From: Octopus bimaculoides
Taxonomy: Eukaryota
NCBI RefSeq assembly: GCF_001194135.2
Contig: NC_068990.1
Location: 32,442,417-32,506,416 of the forward strand
Reading direction: 5' to 3'
DNA: 64,000 nucleotides
Shown: one piece after another, positions 1 to 12,550 of the stretch
Layout of the letters: each line of letters starts with the position of its first letter
Position numbering within the stretch: position 1 is the first letter of the stretch
Made by a program: the position numbers and the translations under genes
Notes under the pieces: generated by a model
Told to the model about the DNA's origin: nothing
The model's database searches: none
The model's input: only the letters and a program-made list of their open reading frames with translations

Positions 1-369
1 ACCATTCACTCATGCGCAAATGTTATTCCTCCTGCTGTTTACCCAAACATTTTTTCGAAATTAATTCATACTTAAAACCTCCCCAGATACATAAGCAATG
101 TGTGTGTGAAGTTTATGAAAAATTGGTTCTGCTGTTTTGGCGCAAAATGAGGACATACCGATACACACACACACACAGACACTTTCAGTTTTAATATGTA
201 AGATGTGCAAATATAACTTTACTTATACATATATACAAGTACACACTATCATACAGACATTTACACTCACAAATTATAGTAGAAACAGCTGTAAGCTAAT
301 GAAGTTCATGACATATTTCCTTATACCCTTGTCATTTTAATTTCTTATTATTGTTCTGTACTTGACTGA

Positions 370-1176
370 TGCTTTGATCTGAAGTGTATATATACATATA
401 TATATATATATACACACATACATATCCTGAGCTTTAACACCAGGTTGTTAGTATTGCTATGCTTAAGCAAAATAATACACACACACACGCACACACACAC
501 ACACACACATTCATATATACATGAAATAAAATATCTCTTACATTTAGCTATTTAGCTTTAAAATTACTGGGAAATACACGCATCCTCTCACACATTTATA
601 CACCCTTCACACATATATACATATGAAAGAATAAAAATATATATATATATTTACACACACATTTTATACCCACATGCATGCACGTTTTATACACACATAC
701 ATACATACATACATACATACATACATACATACATACGTACATACATACAGGGACATGAATGCATACATTCATGCTTCAATTTCCTGATTCGACATTCACA
801 TTTTAAAAATTACTTTTATTCCATATTTCTATTTCTTTTGGTTATATTTCTATACACTCATTACCTATCCACAATCCTACCCCAACACACAGAGGAAGAG
901 ACAAAAAAGTGGAGGATAAGTTGCTATAAATCAAAAATGTATTATGCCTACCTATCTCTGTGTGTTTGTGAGTGTGTGTGTGTATACACACATGGACATA
1001 AACATACACAAACTCACATATGTTCTATATATATATATACATATATGTATACGTGTATATACATCCATATATATATATGTGTGTGTGTGTGTATATATAT
1101 AGATATATATCACCATCATCATCATCATCATCACCATCATCATCATCGTTTAACATCCGCCTTCTATGCTGGTATG

Positions 1177-1267
<91 letters not shown>

Positions 1268-1577
1268 ATATATATATGTATGTATGTATATATATATGTA
1301 TGTATGTATATATATGTGTGTGTGTGTGTATGTATATATATGTGCGTATGTATGTGTATATATACATATATATATAATATATATATTATACATATATATA
1401 TAATATATATATTATACATATATATCTAATACATATATTATATACATATATATATATATATAATATATATATATTATATATATGTATATAATATATATAT
1501 ATATCCGTATGCATGTATGTGTATATATATGAATAAATATATACATAGTTACGCACATACACACATGCATACACACA

Positions 1578-1620
<43 letters not shown>
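370..1620. repeat. Compound microsatellite block: (TA)n, (CA)n, (TACA)n, (CAT)n
   Basis: Directly visible simple repeats; they explain the YI/HT/CV-rich ORFs. Confidence 0.95.
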
Positions 1621-1625
<5 letters not shown>

Positions 1626-2608
1626 CTGACTATATTGATGTTAGCTGTACATGATTTTTAAATCATATTTTGCAAAGTAGCGATTTCCTTCTCTTGAAAT
1701 ATTAAATTTTCTATTTTTGTGGTATGCTAGTGTTTTCTCAATTGCGTACCCTATAATCAAGACACTGTGTATATTTAAACGTCTATTTTAATGGTAACAT
1801 TCACCGTCGGAAGAGAAAAAAAAAATGAATTCTGGTTCTTATTGAATGAATTTGATTTGGAAATATCCTGGTTATCATTGAAGTAAAATAAAAATAGATA
1901 GAAGCAATGTTCTTTGGAATTTGTAATGGACTCTATGCATACATAATAATAAACATATTACGATGTGGAAATTTTTAACGGCAACAAAAAATTATGTGTG
2001 CACTAAATTATTGAGTGCATGCAAACTTGAAAATATTAAGATAATTTTGGCATATATTTCATAGCTACTGGCATTTAAAAAGTTGGTATAGTGATTGAGT
2101 GAGTTTAACAAAGTATAAATTTGGCCATGAGCCTGTGAACTATGCACTTTCTGTATATATATATTTTTTACTGCACAGTTTAATGTCCTACGTATGTTAG
2201 TTGCTGAGTATTTGCTTCAAAGTATATATATTTCAAAAGTATATAGATATCTCAAAAGTAAATAGACACATCTCATTTATACCATTTTATCTGTGTTGGT
2301 ACTACTATTTAGTACAATATTCAGAGGGGTCAAATTATTAAAAACCACACAAGGCATGTCTCATAAATACTAGATTAAGTATTTAAATGCATGAAATGAC
2401 ATTATTTTGTTTACAGAAATAAAACTTTAAAAAATTATGGTGTCTATATAATTTTGAGATGTCTGTATATGTATTGTATGTATGATTCAGAAGAAAGATT
2501 ATAGATAGCATCTTAAACATGTGACAGTCTTTCAATGCATGGCTGAAACTGTTTTACCTCAGTTTGAGGTAATTTCATTTTTTTCTTCCTCCCTAAAACA
2601 CGGTGGAG

Positions 2609-2725
2609 GTGCATGGCTTGGTGGTTAGGAGTGTTGGACTCATGATCGTAAGATTGTGGTTTTGATTCTTGAACCAGGTAATGCAGAGTGTTCTTGAACA
2701 AAACACTTCATGTTGAATAAAACAG
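2609..2725 (+). mobile_element. tRNA-derived SINE head (family D, same family as 53368-53704)
   Basis: A-box-like TGGCTTGGTGG and B-box-like TTTGATTC; colinear with the reverse complement of 53598-53704. Confidence 0.7.
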
Positions 2726-2917
2726 TTCATGTTGCTCCACTTCATGTTGCTCCATTTCATGTTGCTCCACTTCATGTTGCTCCACTTCATGTTGCTCCAC
2801 TTCATGTTGCTCCACTTCATGTTGCTCCATTTCATGTTGCTCCACTTCATGTTGCTCCACTTCATGTTACTCCACTTCATGTTACTCCACTTCATGTTAC
2901 TCCACTTCATGTTGCTC
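2726..2917 (+). repeat. 15-bp minisatellite (TTCATGTTGCTCCAC)n, about 13 units, running into an N gap
   Basis: Units counted directly; variants TTCATGTTACTCCAC and TTCATGTTGCTCCAT. Confidence 0.95.
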
Positions 2918-3452
2918 NNNNNNNNNNNNNNNNNNNNNNNNNNNNNNNNNNNNNNNNNNNNNNNNNNNNNNNNNNNNNNNNNNNNNNNNNNNNNNNNNNN
3001 NNNNNNNNNNNNNNNNNNNNNNNNNNNNNNNNNNNNNNNNNNNNNNNNNNNNNNNNNNNNNNNNNNNNNNNNNNNNNNNNNNNNNNNNNNNNNNNNNNNN
3101 NNNNNNNNNNNNNNNNNNNNNNNNNNNNNNNNNNNNNNNNNNNNNNNNNNNNNNNNNNNNNNNNNNNNNNNNNNNNNNNNNNNNNNNNNNNNNNNNNNNN
3201 NNNNNNNNNNNNNNNNNNNNNNNNNNNNNNNNNNNNNNNNNNNNNNNNNNNNNNNNNNNNNNNNNNNNNNNNNNNNNNNNNNNNNNNNNNNNNNNNNNNN
3301 NNNNNNNNNNNNNNNNNNNNNNNNNNNNNNNNNNNNNNNNNNNNNNNNNNNNNNNNNNNNNNNNNNNNNNNNNNNNNNNNNNNNNNNNNNNNNNNNNNNN
3401 NNNNNNNNNNNNNNNNNNNNNNNNNNNNNNNNNNNNNNNNNNNNNNNNNNNN

Positions 3453-3732
3453 TTGTAAGCCTAGTACTTTTGCTGAACTGCTAGGTTACGGGGGATGTAA
3501 ACACACCACCATCGGTTGTCAAGCGATGTTGGGGGGACAAACACAGATACACAAACATATACACACACATACATATATATATGCATATATACGACGGGCT
3601 TCTTTCAGTTTCCGTCTACCAAATCCACTCACAAGGTTTTGGTCGGCCCAAGGCTATAGTAGAAGACACTTGCCCAAGGTGCCATGCAGTGGGATTGAAC
3701 CTGGAACCATGTGGTTTGTAAGCAAGCTACTT
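3453..3732 (-). mobile_element. SINE family A, partial
   Basis: Matches the reverse complement of the 7368-8070 and 50524-50940 copies. Confidence 0.85.
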
Positions 3733-4297
3733 ATTATTTTTTCTTTGAGTTTTATGGTAGAAATCAGTAGTTGTGTTAGTTTCTTCATTCATTCAATTTT
3801 TATGTCTGTTTTTCCATGTAAGCATGGGTTAGCTGAATGTATTATTATGGCATTACTTGAAAGTAGATGCCCTTCTTGTGTCTAACCCTTATCTGTTTTT
3901 ATCAAATAAGGGATCTCTTATTTTACATGTTTTTGAAGTTGCAAAGCTTGTGAATGGATTTGCTGATAATAGAAAAGATAACATTACCACTTCTAGCTTC
4001 CAATCTTTGGAGATGTGCATATGCAAATGAACACACATATATGCACACAATCACATACAAACATACATACGTACACACACACACACACACACACACATGC
4101 GTATTTATATATTTATCTATTTAAAAATTCACTACACATGTGCTTACACACACACACAAACACATACACACACACACATATGACAAATAACATCTCAAAT
4201 AACCACTTTTCAAAATCCAAGGAAACAAATTCAATTCCAGATTTTTTTTTCCAGCTAACTCATACACATAAAAGGTATGAATTTTCTATAAGAAATC

Positions 4298-4335
4298 ATT
4301 CGTGACGAATCCCTGAAATGGACGAAAGCTCTAAA
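4298..4335 (+). ncRNA. Degenerate minimal hammerhead ribozyme-like motif
   Basis: gTGACGA-atcc ctgaaat ggac-GAAA-GC-TC; C3 substituted, 10.1/11.1 pair mismatched, stem I not formed. Confidence 0.35.
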
Positions 4336-4463
4336 TAAATAGTTTTTATCCAAAAACTTGACTACTGTACATCACTTCAAACAATCTATATATACGTATA
4401 TGTATATATGTATGTGTGTATGTATGTATGTATGTACGTATGTATGTGTATTTGTACATATAC

Positions 4464-4510
<47 letters not shown>

Positions 4511-4598
4511 TACACATGTACACACACACACACACACATTCTTTTATTTTTTATTTATTTCCATCATTTGACTATGGTCATGCTGGAGCACTGCCTTG

Positions 4599-4662
<64 letters not shown>

Positions 4663-4736
4663 AAGGAATAAATAAAATATTTGAAATGTGTGTGAAGAAC
4701 GTTGAAATTAAAACATGAATCTATGTATTTATACCT

Positions 4737-4778
<42 letters not shown>

Positions 4779-4859
4779 TATATATACACAAGACCACCAC
4801 AGGTAATGGACCTATGATGGCCACCAGTAACATCAGTAACAGCTACCCAGATATTACAC

Positions 4860-5110
4860 CTATACACTTACCAAACATTGGAGGTGTATCACAACTCAGT
4901 AACAGAGGCAAAAATCTTCTATCTGAAAGTGATTGCTGCATGCAAGGCAAGTAATAGGCATGGTGCTTATATAAAGGCATCTAGCCTCTAATATAACAGA
5001 TGTGGAAATACATATATTAGGGTATGCTGTATTTCATGCAGAAAGAAGCCATGGAGAAGTTGCTATGTACATGTGCGAAAATGTCACATTCCTTGTCATA
5101 TTCAAACTCA
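4860..5110 (+). mobile_element. Decayed LINE AP-endonuclease fragment (CR1/L2/Jockey-like)
   Basis: Translates TDVEIHILGYAVFHAERSHGEVAMYMCENVT, resembling the APE motif I.GY..FR.DR..GGVA.Y. Confidence 0.45.
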
Positions 5111-5369
5111 ATTTGTGATACCTTAATGATTCATTTAAAGTAAACTGACACAGTTATATGTACATCATATCATCCACTAAATGCTTTGTAAAAACTTCCA
5201 GTTGACTTCTTTGTTATAAGTCTCTATCTCTTTCTCTCTCTTGTAATAGTGTCAAGTAATACTTCTTATGACCTACAGTTGGTCAAGGATCCTTCCAGCT
5301 TGTATGTTTTCATTCTCTAGCTTGGATCTATCTAGCTCTAACTCTGATGCTGCTAATCAGTAGTCTATT

Positions 5370-5596
5370 TTAACCCTTTCATTACCGTATTTATTTTGAG
5401 ATGCTCTGTGTTTCTTTCAATTAATTTTAAATATAACAAAGAATTTAGTAAAATAACTGTTATCATTCAGCTAGTGTTAGGAACATAAATTGTGACTAAG
5501 GTTTGGTGGAAGATTTTAATCCAAAACTTATGAAAACAAGACATTTGTACTCAGAGCCAGAACCAGTTTCAGCCAGGTTGGTAATAAAAGGGTTAA
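5370..5596. mobile_element. TTAA-flanked (piggyBac-like) MITE, family 1, copy 1
   Basis: TTAA-CCCTTTCATTACC ... GGTAATAAAAGGG-TTAA; colinear with 5607-5837 and inverted relative to 13133-13363. Confidence 0.85.
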
Positions 5597-5606
5597 TGTC
5601 TACTCT

Positions 5607-5837
5607 TTAACTTTTTCGTTACTGTATTTATTTTGAGAATGCTCTGTGTTTCTTTCAATTAATTTTAAATATAACAAAGAATCTAGTAAAATTAGTTAGT
5701 TATCATTAAGCTAGGGTTAGGAACATAAATCGTGACTAAGGTTTGGTGGAAGACTTTTATTCAAAACTCATGAAAGCAAGACATTTGTACTACAGAGCCA
5801 GAGACGGTTCCAGGCAGGTTGGTATCGAAATGGTTAA
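5607..5837. mobile_element. TTAA-flanked MITE, family 1, copy 2 (tandem)
   Basis: TTAA at both ends; alignable over its full length with 5370-5596. Confidence 0.85.
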
Positions 5838-6769
5838 GTGGTAAATTCTTCATCAAGGAAGTACTTAGCTTTGACAACCTGTTTACTCTATTTCTTGGTG
5901 AATATGCAGTCTATCTTGGCTGTTTGTCTCATTGGTTGGTGACTAGGTTTCTGGTGAGTTTCCTAAAGTTCATGAGGCAAATTATTTAGCCATCAGTGTT
6001 ACAGAACTTCAGTAGCTTTGATTCCTTCCATTCTATGATCCATGACCATATCTTCCATATATGCCATAGAAGCCACCATCGTGTTATGCAACATATCAGT
6101 GATAATGAGGTCACTGCCATTTGTTTTCAAGATTGTCTGCAGGAGGGCCTCATAAAAGTTATTCTTCTTGTCATCTGTCATCCCTGATAGAAAAGTGCAT
6201 ATAGAGATTAATGCTCCCATTTTATTGTCTAAGTCAAATCTAGGCTTAATTTTTGTATCACACACTTTAACTCTGTCTACTTTTATTAATTTTATTTAGT
6301 CATTTCTCTGCCAACAATATACTTACTCCACACACACTGTTGCTGTTACCCATCCAGAAGTATCTGCACTATTGTTCCTTACCTGTGAAGTATCTGAAAT
6401 TCTCCTCAATCTTTACACTTGCTCACATCACACGTCTCCATCTCCAGCATCTCTACAAACTTTCTGGACTTAACTTCCAAAATACTGACATTGATTGCTG
6501 TAACTCTGAAAATTTAAACCTGACAGGAAGTGGGTAGTTCTTGCCTGTCACTAAGGGAATGCAATGGATGGCTTTGCCTCCTCCCTATTCAACAGTGCAC
6601 CCCCAGATTTAGAAAATACAGTTTATAAAAATCTTCTCACAATACAAATTAGTTTCCACCCAGAATATTCTGAAGCACCCCCAGGCACCAAAGTCTGGTG
6701 ATGGGCCGGGGGTAGTTTGGTATTAGCTTTCTGCATCTGAAAGAGAATTTGTAATCATTTCATAGCAGT

Positions 6770-7290
6770 CAATAGGCTTTTATGCGTAAATATCTCCTTA
6801 TAAGGACTTATTGTCTAATTCTCTCTATATCATCCCCAGAGTATTCATTCCTGTTATTATAGAGAATGTTTTCGTTTTCAATCCCCACATTTTGGATATT
6901 TCTATTTCCAGATTTTCATATTTGAATACTTTCTCTATCAGGACTGTATTGTCATTTGTTGGAACTGGTACAACTATCAGAAGAGACATTATTTCTCTTG
7001 AATGTCTTTGGCATTAATGCCTGGGAATATTTACATTTAATCTTCTAGTTTGTGTGAAGTGACTTGTTTATGGATCATAATCACTTGAGACCTTTCTTTG
7101 TGTGTATCTACCATATCTTTTCTGGAGCTACTGGCCATGTAGGAGCTTTTCTTGCCAACATTTCAACACAATATTTTGTAGTCTCATTTTGAATTTACTT
7201 TTTAGTTTTTCTTTAAAAACAATTTCTATTGTTTTTCTTCCATTATCCACCATTCAGTTGTTTGCTACATTAGCAGCCTTTTTATAACCC
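6770..7290 (-). mobile_element. R4/Dong-like non-LTR retrotransposon relic (restriction-like endonuclease region)
   Basis: Minus-strand CWQEKLLHGQ and KVFKYENLEIEISKMWGLKTKTFSII; similar to 56780-57310. Confidence 0.7.
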
Positions 7291-7367
7291 ACTCTCTTAA
7301 AATGTAGAGATACACTAAGTGATGTAGTCCGAGGTACATTGTGTCTGAAAAAAAAGATGAGATAGTC

Positions 7368-8070
7368 GCAGGAGTGGCTGTGTGGTAAGTAGCTTGCTTA
7401 CCAACCACATGGTTCCGGGTTCAGTCCCACTGCGTGGAACCTTGGGCAAGCGTCTTCTACTATAGCCTCGGGCCGACCAAAGCCTTGTGAGTGGATTTGG
7501 TAGACGGAAACTGGAAGAAGCCCATCGTATTAAAGTCTGTCATACCGGCCATGACGAAGGGAAATAGCCCTGAAACTCGAGTCGCCTTTATATATTTATA
7601 TTTATATATTTGATCCTTTATATTGAACACTCAATATTTCATCTACATTCAATACTTTCTTTCATGGTGCCATCCATTTTTATTTTATTTTATCTTATAT
7701 TATATATTGTATNNNNNNNNNNNNNNNNNNNNNNNNNNNNNNNNNNNNNNNNNNNNNNNNNNNNNNNNNNNNNNNNNNNNNNNNNNNNNNNNNNNNNNNN
7801 NNNNNNNNNNNNNNNNNNNNNNNNNNNNNNNNNNNNNNNNNNNNNNNATATGTATGTGTGTTTGTGTGTCTGTGTTTGTCCCCCCACCATCGCTTGACAA
7901 CCGATGCTGGTGTGTTTACGTCCCCGTAACTTAGCAGTTCGGCAAAAAGACCCCGATAGAATAAGTACTAGGCTTACAAAGAATAAGTCCTGGAGTCAAT
8001 TTTCTCGACTAAAGGCGGTGCTCCAGCATGGCCGCACTCAAATGACTGAAACAAGTAAAAGAGTAAAGAG
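7368..8070 (+). mobile_element. SINE family A, full length, with an insertion and an N gap in its central microsatellite
   Basis: Head GCAGGAGTGGCTGTGTGG...GGTTCAGTCCC; tail GACTGAAACAAGTAAAAGAG; foreign sequence from about 7531 to 7712. Confidence 0.9.
7547..7586 (+). ncRNA. Type I hammerhead ribozyme motif, slightly damaged (same family as 63905-63949)
   Basis: GGC-C(a)TGACGA-AGGG aaatag CCCT-GAAA-CTCGAG-TC-GCC; one extra base in the core; palindromic stem III ACTCGAGT. Confidence 0.65.
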
Positions 8071-8254
8071 TTTAGTCATGACTAGACAAGTCTGACTTGA
8101 GACTGCACAACACAGCACCAACACCCTAATTCTATGTTTTATATTCCCCAGTAATTCTGAGGACAAGGCATTTTCTTTTCTTTTTGTTTCCTTCCTGCTT
8201 TTCATGTAGTTGTGTTGGCTTCTTTTATTCTTTACTAAAATACTTCTGAAGCTC

Positions 8255-8422
8255 ATCCTCATCCTCTTCCTCTCTTCTTCTTCTTCTTCTTCTTCTTCTT
8301 CTTCTTCTTCTCTTCTTCTTCTTCTTCTTCTTCTTCTTCTCTTCTTCTTCTTCTTCTTCTTCTTCTTCTTCTTCTTCTCCTTTTTGTTGTTCTTCTCTGC
8401 ATCCTCCTCCTCCACCAAACCC

Positions 8423-8469
<47 letters not shown>

Positions 8470-8470
8470 C
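8255..8470. repeat. (CTT)n and (CAT)n trinucleotide microsatellites
   Basis: Directly visible; they explain the poly-K/R/E/M/H ORFs. Confidence 0.95.
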
Positions 8471-8499
8471 CTCCACTAACCCCCCCACCACCACTTTAA

Positions 8500-8680
8500 G
8501 TAGGCAGTGGGTTGGCAGAATCATTACTGCATCAGACAAAATGTCTTGTGGTATTTAGTTATCCTTTCAGGGGTCAATGAAATTAAGTACCCATCAAGTA
8601 ATAGGGTCAAATCAACTAACCACCTTCCTGTCAAAACTGCTGGAATTGTGCCTAAATTATTATTACCATTGCCATTGTTT
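8500..8680 (+). mobile_element. SINE family B, decayed and internally deleted
   Basis: GGCAGTGGGTTGGCAGAATC...CCTTTCAGGGGTCAATGAAATTAAGTACC, shared with the 47.7-48.6 kb copies. Confidence 0.65.
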
Positions 8681-8914
8681 GTCATGAAAGTTTGTCTTAC
8701 AGAACTCCTACAAAAATGGCATTTAATGTGATTATTTGATGATTAAGTTTTCTTTTTTTTTGGTTTTTTGTTTGTTTTCATTCTGAGGGCTTTTTTTAGA
8801 TTATGTAACTTCCACTGCATCAATAAGATGCAGTAGAAAGTTTGTCTTGACATTATTCTTTGGCTGTATATTTGTAGAAGAAAACCATTTGTAACCTTTG
8901 TATTTTGGAATGGA

Positions 8915-9370
8915 GGTCATCGTCATCAACATTTAACATCTGTTTTCCATGCTGGCATGGATGGCTTGACAGGAACTGGCAAGGTCAGGGGCTGTACCAG
9001 TTTCCATAATATGTTTTGGCTTGGTTTCTATAGCTGGATGCCCTTCCTAACACCCACTACTTTTACAGAGTGTATTGGGTGCTTTTTGCATTGCACCATC
9101 ATTGATGCTTATTATGTGGCACCAGCACTAATCCCAATGCATTTTAGATGGCACCTTGGTTTTAGGATATCAATTCTGTTGTGGTGGGTAGGTCTTCTTG
9201 AGTTCAGCAATGTGCCATGTATCTTTGTCCTCTGTCATCTCCTTTGTAAGCCTCAGTGTTCTGAGATCAACCTTCAATACTTTGTCCCATGTCTTCCACT
9301 TTAAATGACCAGCACTTCTATATGCTGCAGTTCTTATCCATCTGCATCACGTGACCAAACTAGTGTAGGT
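8915..9370 (-). mobile_element. RTE LINE 3' end
   Basis: Minus-strand FGHVMQMDKNCSI..KTWDKVLKVDLRTLRLTKEMTEDKDTWHIA followed by the family 3' UTR. Confidence 0.75.
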
Positions 9371-9699
9371 ATGCATTGTGATTGTGGTTGCAATCAATAA
9401 AAAGAAGAATAAAATTGAAATGCTCCCTCTCCTTTCTCTAAGATTTTTCAAGCCAAAATCAGATGTAAAAAATAAACATACAGCATAATTAAACAAACTT
9501 GTAAACACAGATATTTAAAATACAACTTTACAAGCACGGAACAGAAGAGTACTGAGAAACAGCAGAAAACATTAATAATGGCACCAGTAACAAACATCAA
9601 ATATGCTTCTAGTAACAGTAGGGACTTAATACGAGTTTACAGATATGAACCCGGAATGTGGAAAATACCGACAATATATATCAAATACCGACAATATAT

Positions 9700-9910
9700 G
9701 TGGTGAGTTGGCAGAATTGTTAGCACACCAGAAAAAATTCTTAGTGGCATTTCATCTGTCTTTGTGTTCTGAGTTCAAATTCTGTCAAGGTCAGTTTTGC
9801 TTTTCATCTTTTTGGGGTTGATAATATAAGTACCAGTTGAATTCTGGGGTTGATATAATCAACTATTTCCTTCCCCCAAAATTGTTGACCTTGTACCAAA
9901 ATTTGAAACG
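9700..9910 (+). mobile_element. SINE family B
   Basis: GGTGAGTTGGCAGAATTGTTAGCAC...GAGTTCAAATTCTG...ATAAGTACCAGTTG. Confidence 0.8.
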
Positions 9911-9969
9911 AATATATATCAAGGCTTGTAGCTTGGTATAGGAAGGTGGAAAGAGTGGAATTGGACCAT

Positions 9970-10100
9970 GGAAGATCCTGATGAATCCCAAAGATTATAG
10001 GGTGAAAGTGGAGATTAAATAGAAAAGTAGGGTAGGGTGGAAGATCTAGTTGCTACAAATGTAGGTAGTAAAGGCCATGTTTTTTCTAGAAGAAAAAGAA
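9970..10100 (+). pseudogene. Decayed retroelement ORF1/gag-like zinc knuckle
   Basis: With one 1-nt correction at 10063 it reads CYKCGSKGHVFSR (CX2CX4H), preceded by DYRVKVEIK. Confidence 0.4.
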
Positions 10101-10834
10101 AAGCAAAAACAAATGAAAGTGCATAGCAGACAATAGCAAAAGCAGTGACAACAGCAGACCCCTGAAGTGAAAACCATGGCTGCTGCTGTTGTTTCTGCAG
10201 TGCAGCTGTGAAGATCGCTGGAGTGGGAGTAGAGACAAATAACATCACTTCATCATCAGAACTACCTGCATCAGAGACTGATGAGGGAGGATATTGAGGA
10301 ACAAGCACAAAGCTGGCCAGAGACTATGGGCAACAGTTTTACTCCATCATCTTGTGGTGATGGAATGTATTTAGAGCTTACAGAGAGGCAGAAAACCATT
10401 GGATTGAAAGAAGAAGCAAAAAAAAAAAACNNNNNNNNNNNNNNAAGCCAAAAAAAAAAACAACAAAAGACTGGCCAGCTTAAAGGCAAGTGGTTGGAAG
10501 CCCCTCACAAAAAGTTTCCCATCTTTTTGGAGTGCTGAGTTTTACGGTTGACAAGGCCATTAAGGAAAATTTGAGAAATGGGGGCTGAATAAGCTGAAAG
10601 AAGAAGAATACTGTGCTGAGGAGAAAATCTGGAGGAATATATGCAGCATCAAATGAGAGACTAATGGTGTGATCCATAGTTAATTGCTTATGACTGTCTT
10701 CCATCAAAAAGAAGTATCAAGTTACTGGAAGTATTAGGGGTAGCTGATGGTCAGTTATAGGATATCTAATCCTATCTGATCCGGTGGTAGCTTCTTGCCC
10801 CTTTGTTAGTTAGGTGTCTTTGCTTTGATATGTG

Positions 10835-10990
10835 AGAAACAGAGTGGTTGGCGTTAGGAAGGGCATCCAGCTGTAGAAACTCTGCCAAATTAGATTGGAG
10901 CCTGGTGTTTGCCATCCGGTTTCACCAGTCCTCAGTCAAATCGTCCAACCCATGCTAGCATGGAAAGCGGACGTTAAACGATGATGATGA
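10835..10990 (+). mobile_element. RTE 3' UTR/tail fragment
   Basis: GAGTGGTTGGCGTTAGGAAGGGCATCCAGC...GGACGTTAAACGATGATGATG, as at 15.3, 19.5 and 43.6 kb. Confidence 0.85.
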
Positions 10991-11774
10991 TTGCAAACTT
11001 GCAATTAACAAAGAAAGAGTTGTTGTTGTTGCTGTTGTCACTGAACACTGGATCTGCCAATGTCACATTTCCAGCAATAACATGTATTAATTTAATGCAG
11101 AATATAATAATTTAAGATCAGTTAGCCCTTGTGGGGTAAAAAGAGGATTTATCTTTTTCCTATTATGTAAAGACAACATTGCAAGTGAGAGAGTATAAAC
11201 TGTTTGAAACAGTAACTAAACAAATAAGCAGAGAAAAAACAACAAATATTTAAGTGTTTGTTAGAGATTTATGTGCTTTTCTTTTTTATTTTGTCCACGA
11301 GAACAAGAACAAGACAACTTCAAAATGTCTATCTTATTTTTTGTCTTCTCTTTGGAGATATTCATAAAGCGAAGTACAAACATAGCTATACAACAATTTA
11401 ATATAAGATGATGTATAGCAGCTTTTAAATAACCATTAGAGTGAATAATGAGACCAATTTTGCTACTTCTTTATCTATATTATATTTTCTTCGGTAATGG
11501 TAAGATAAAATTGTATTTAACTTTTGCTTTCTAGCCAAACAGGTGTGAGGTTTCTGGGTCTGCAATTATTTTCTGTTTCAATTTAAAGAGGTGGGATGCT
11601 CTCTGATTGAAGTTGATACATTTTGTGTTTTATTTTGAAATCCTGAAGACAGTAGATATAACTTAGAGGGAAATAGTCTGTCTTGTTGCCATACCAGAAA
11701 TACACCACACGAAACTCAGTTCTGTTGGTGTTTCTTTGACACAATGACTATTAGGACTCAATAGAATTAATATA

Positions 11775-12500
11775 ATAGTGATGATGATGATGGTGATGAT
11801 GATGATGGAGGTGGTGGTGGTGGTGATGATGATGATGATGATGATGATGATGGGGGTGATGTGGATGAGGATGACAATGATGAAGTCAACGGCGATAATA
11901 ATGACGATGATGGAAAATTTTAATTAAAGAAAATATTGTGAACAATCTTTTTCTTCTTCACAAATGTCTGCTTGCTTCAGTCTGTTTGATTGACAAGTGG
12001 GTTCTGCTATTACTTCTTGATTGAGGGGAGTGGTTAAAGCTAACACACATTCAGTAGTACAAATAAAATCATCATCATCATCATCACCATCATTGTCGTC
12101 ATCGTCATCGTCGTCGTCATCATCATCATCATCATCATCATCATTGTCATTGTCATCATTGCCGTTATTGTTGCTGTCGTCACCACCACTACCACCACTT
12201 CCACCATCATTGTCATCATCATAATCATCACCGTCATTGTCGTCATCGTTGTTGTCATCGTCATCGTCATGATCATGATCATGATCATTGTTGTTGTCAT
12301 CATTGCCGTCATTGTTGTTGTCGTCACCACCACTGCCACCACTTCCACCATCATTGTCATCATCATAATCATCACCATCATTCTGGTCGTCATCATCATT
12401 CTGGTCGTCATCATCATCATCATCATCATCATTATCATTGTCATCATTGCCGTCATTGTTGTTGTCGTCACCACCACTGCCACCACTTCCACCATCATTG

Positions 12501-12547
<47 letters not shown>

Positions 12548-12550
12548 TTT
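11775..12550. repeat. (GAT)n/(CAT)n microsatellite with an approximately 140-150 bp higher-order repeat (three copies)
   Basis: CATTGCCGTCATTGTTGTTGTCGTCACCACCACTGCCACCACTTCCACCATCATTG recurs near 12157, 12301 and 12445. Confidence 0.9.

Larger units (their letters stand above)
5250..6520 (-). mobile_element. RTE-clade LINE 5' ORF (AP-endonuclease) relic, interrupted by two MITEs
   Basis: Minus-strand pieces FRVTAINVSIL, YFWMGNSNSVCG..ILLAEK, KKNNFYEALLQTILKTNGSDLI, GFYGIYGRYGHGS; similarity resumes left of 5370 (HRLLIS..RVRAR). Confidence 0.75.

Noticed and set aside
838-1625. Many long ORFs ([12 protein letters not shown])
   Set aside because: These are translations of dinucleotide microsatellites, with no coding signal.
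2726-2917. Possible CRISPR-like array
   Set aside because: Contiguous 15-bp units without unique spacers, in a eukaryotic context.
2710-3885. 391-aa and similar ORFs spanning N runs (also at 20.4, 24.1, 26.0 and 38.5 kb)
   Set aside because: Open only because N codons are not stops.
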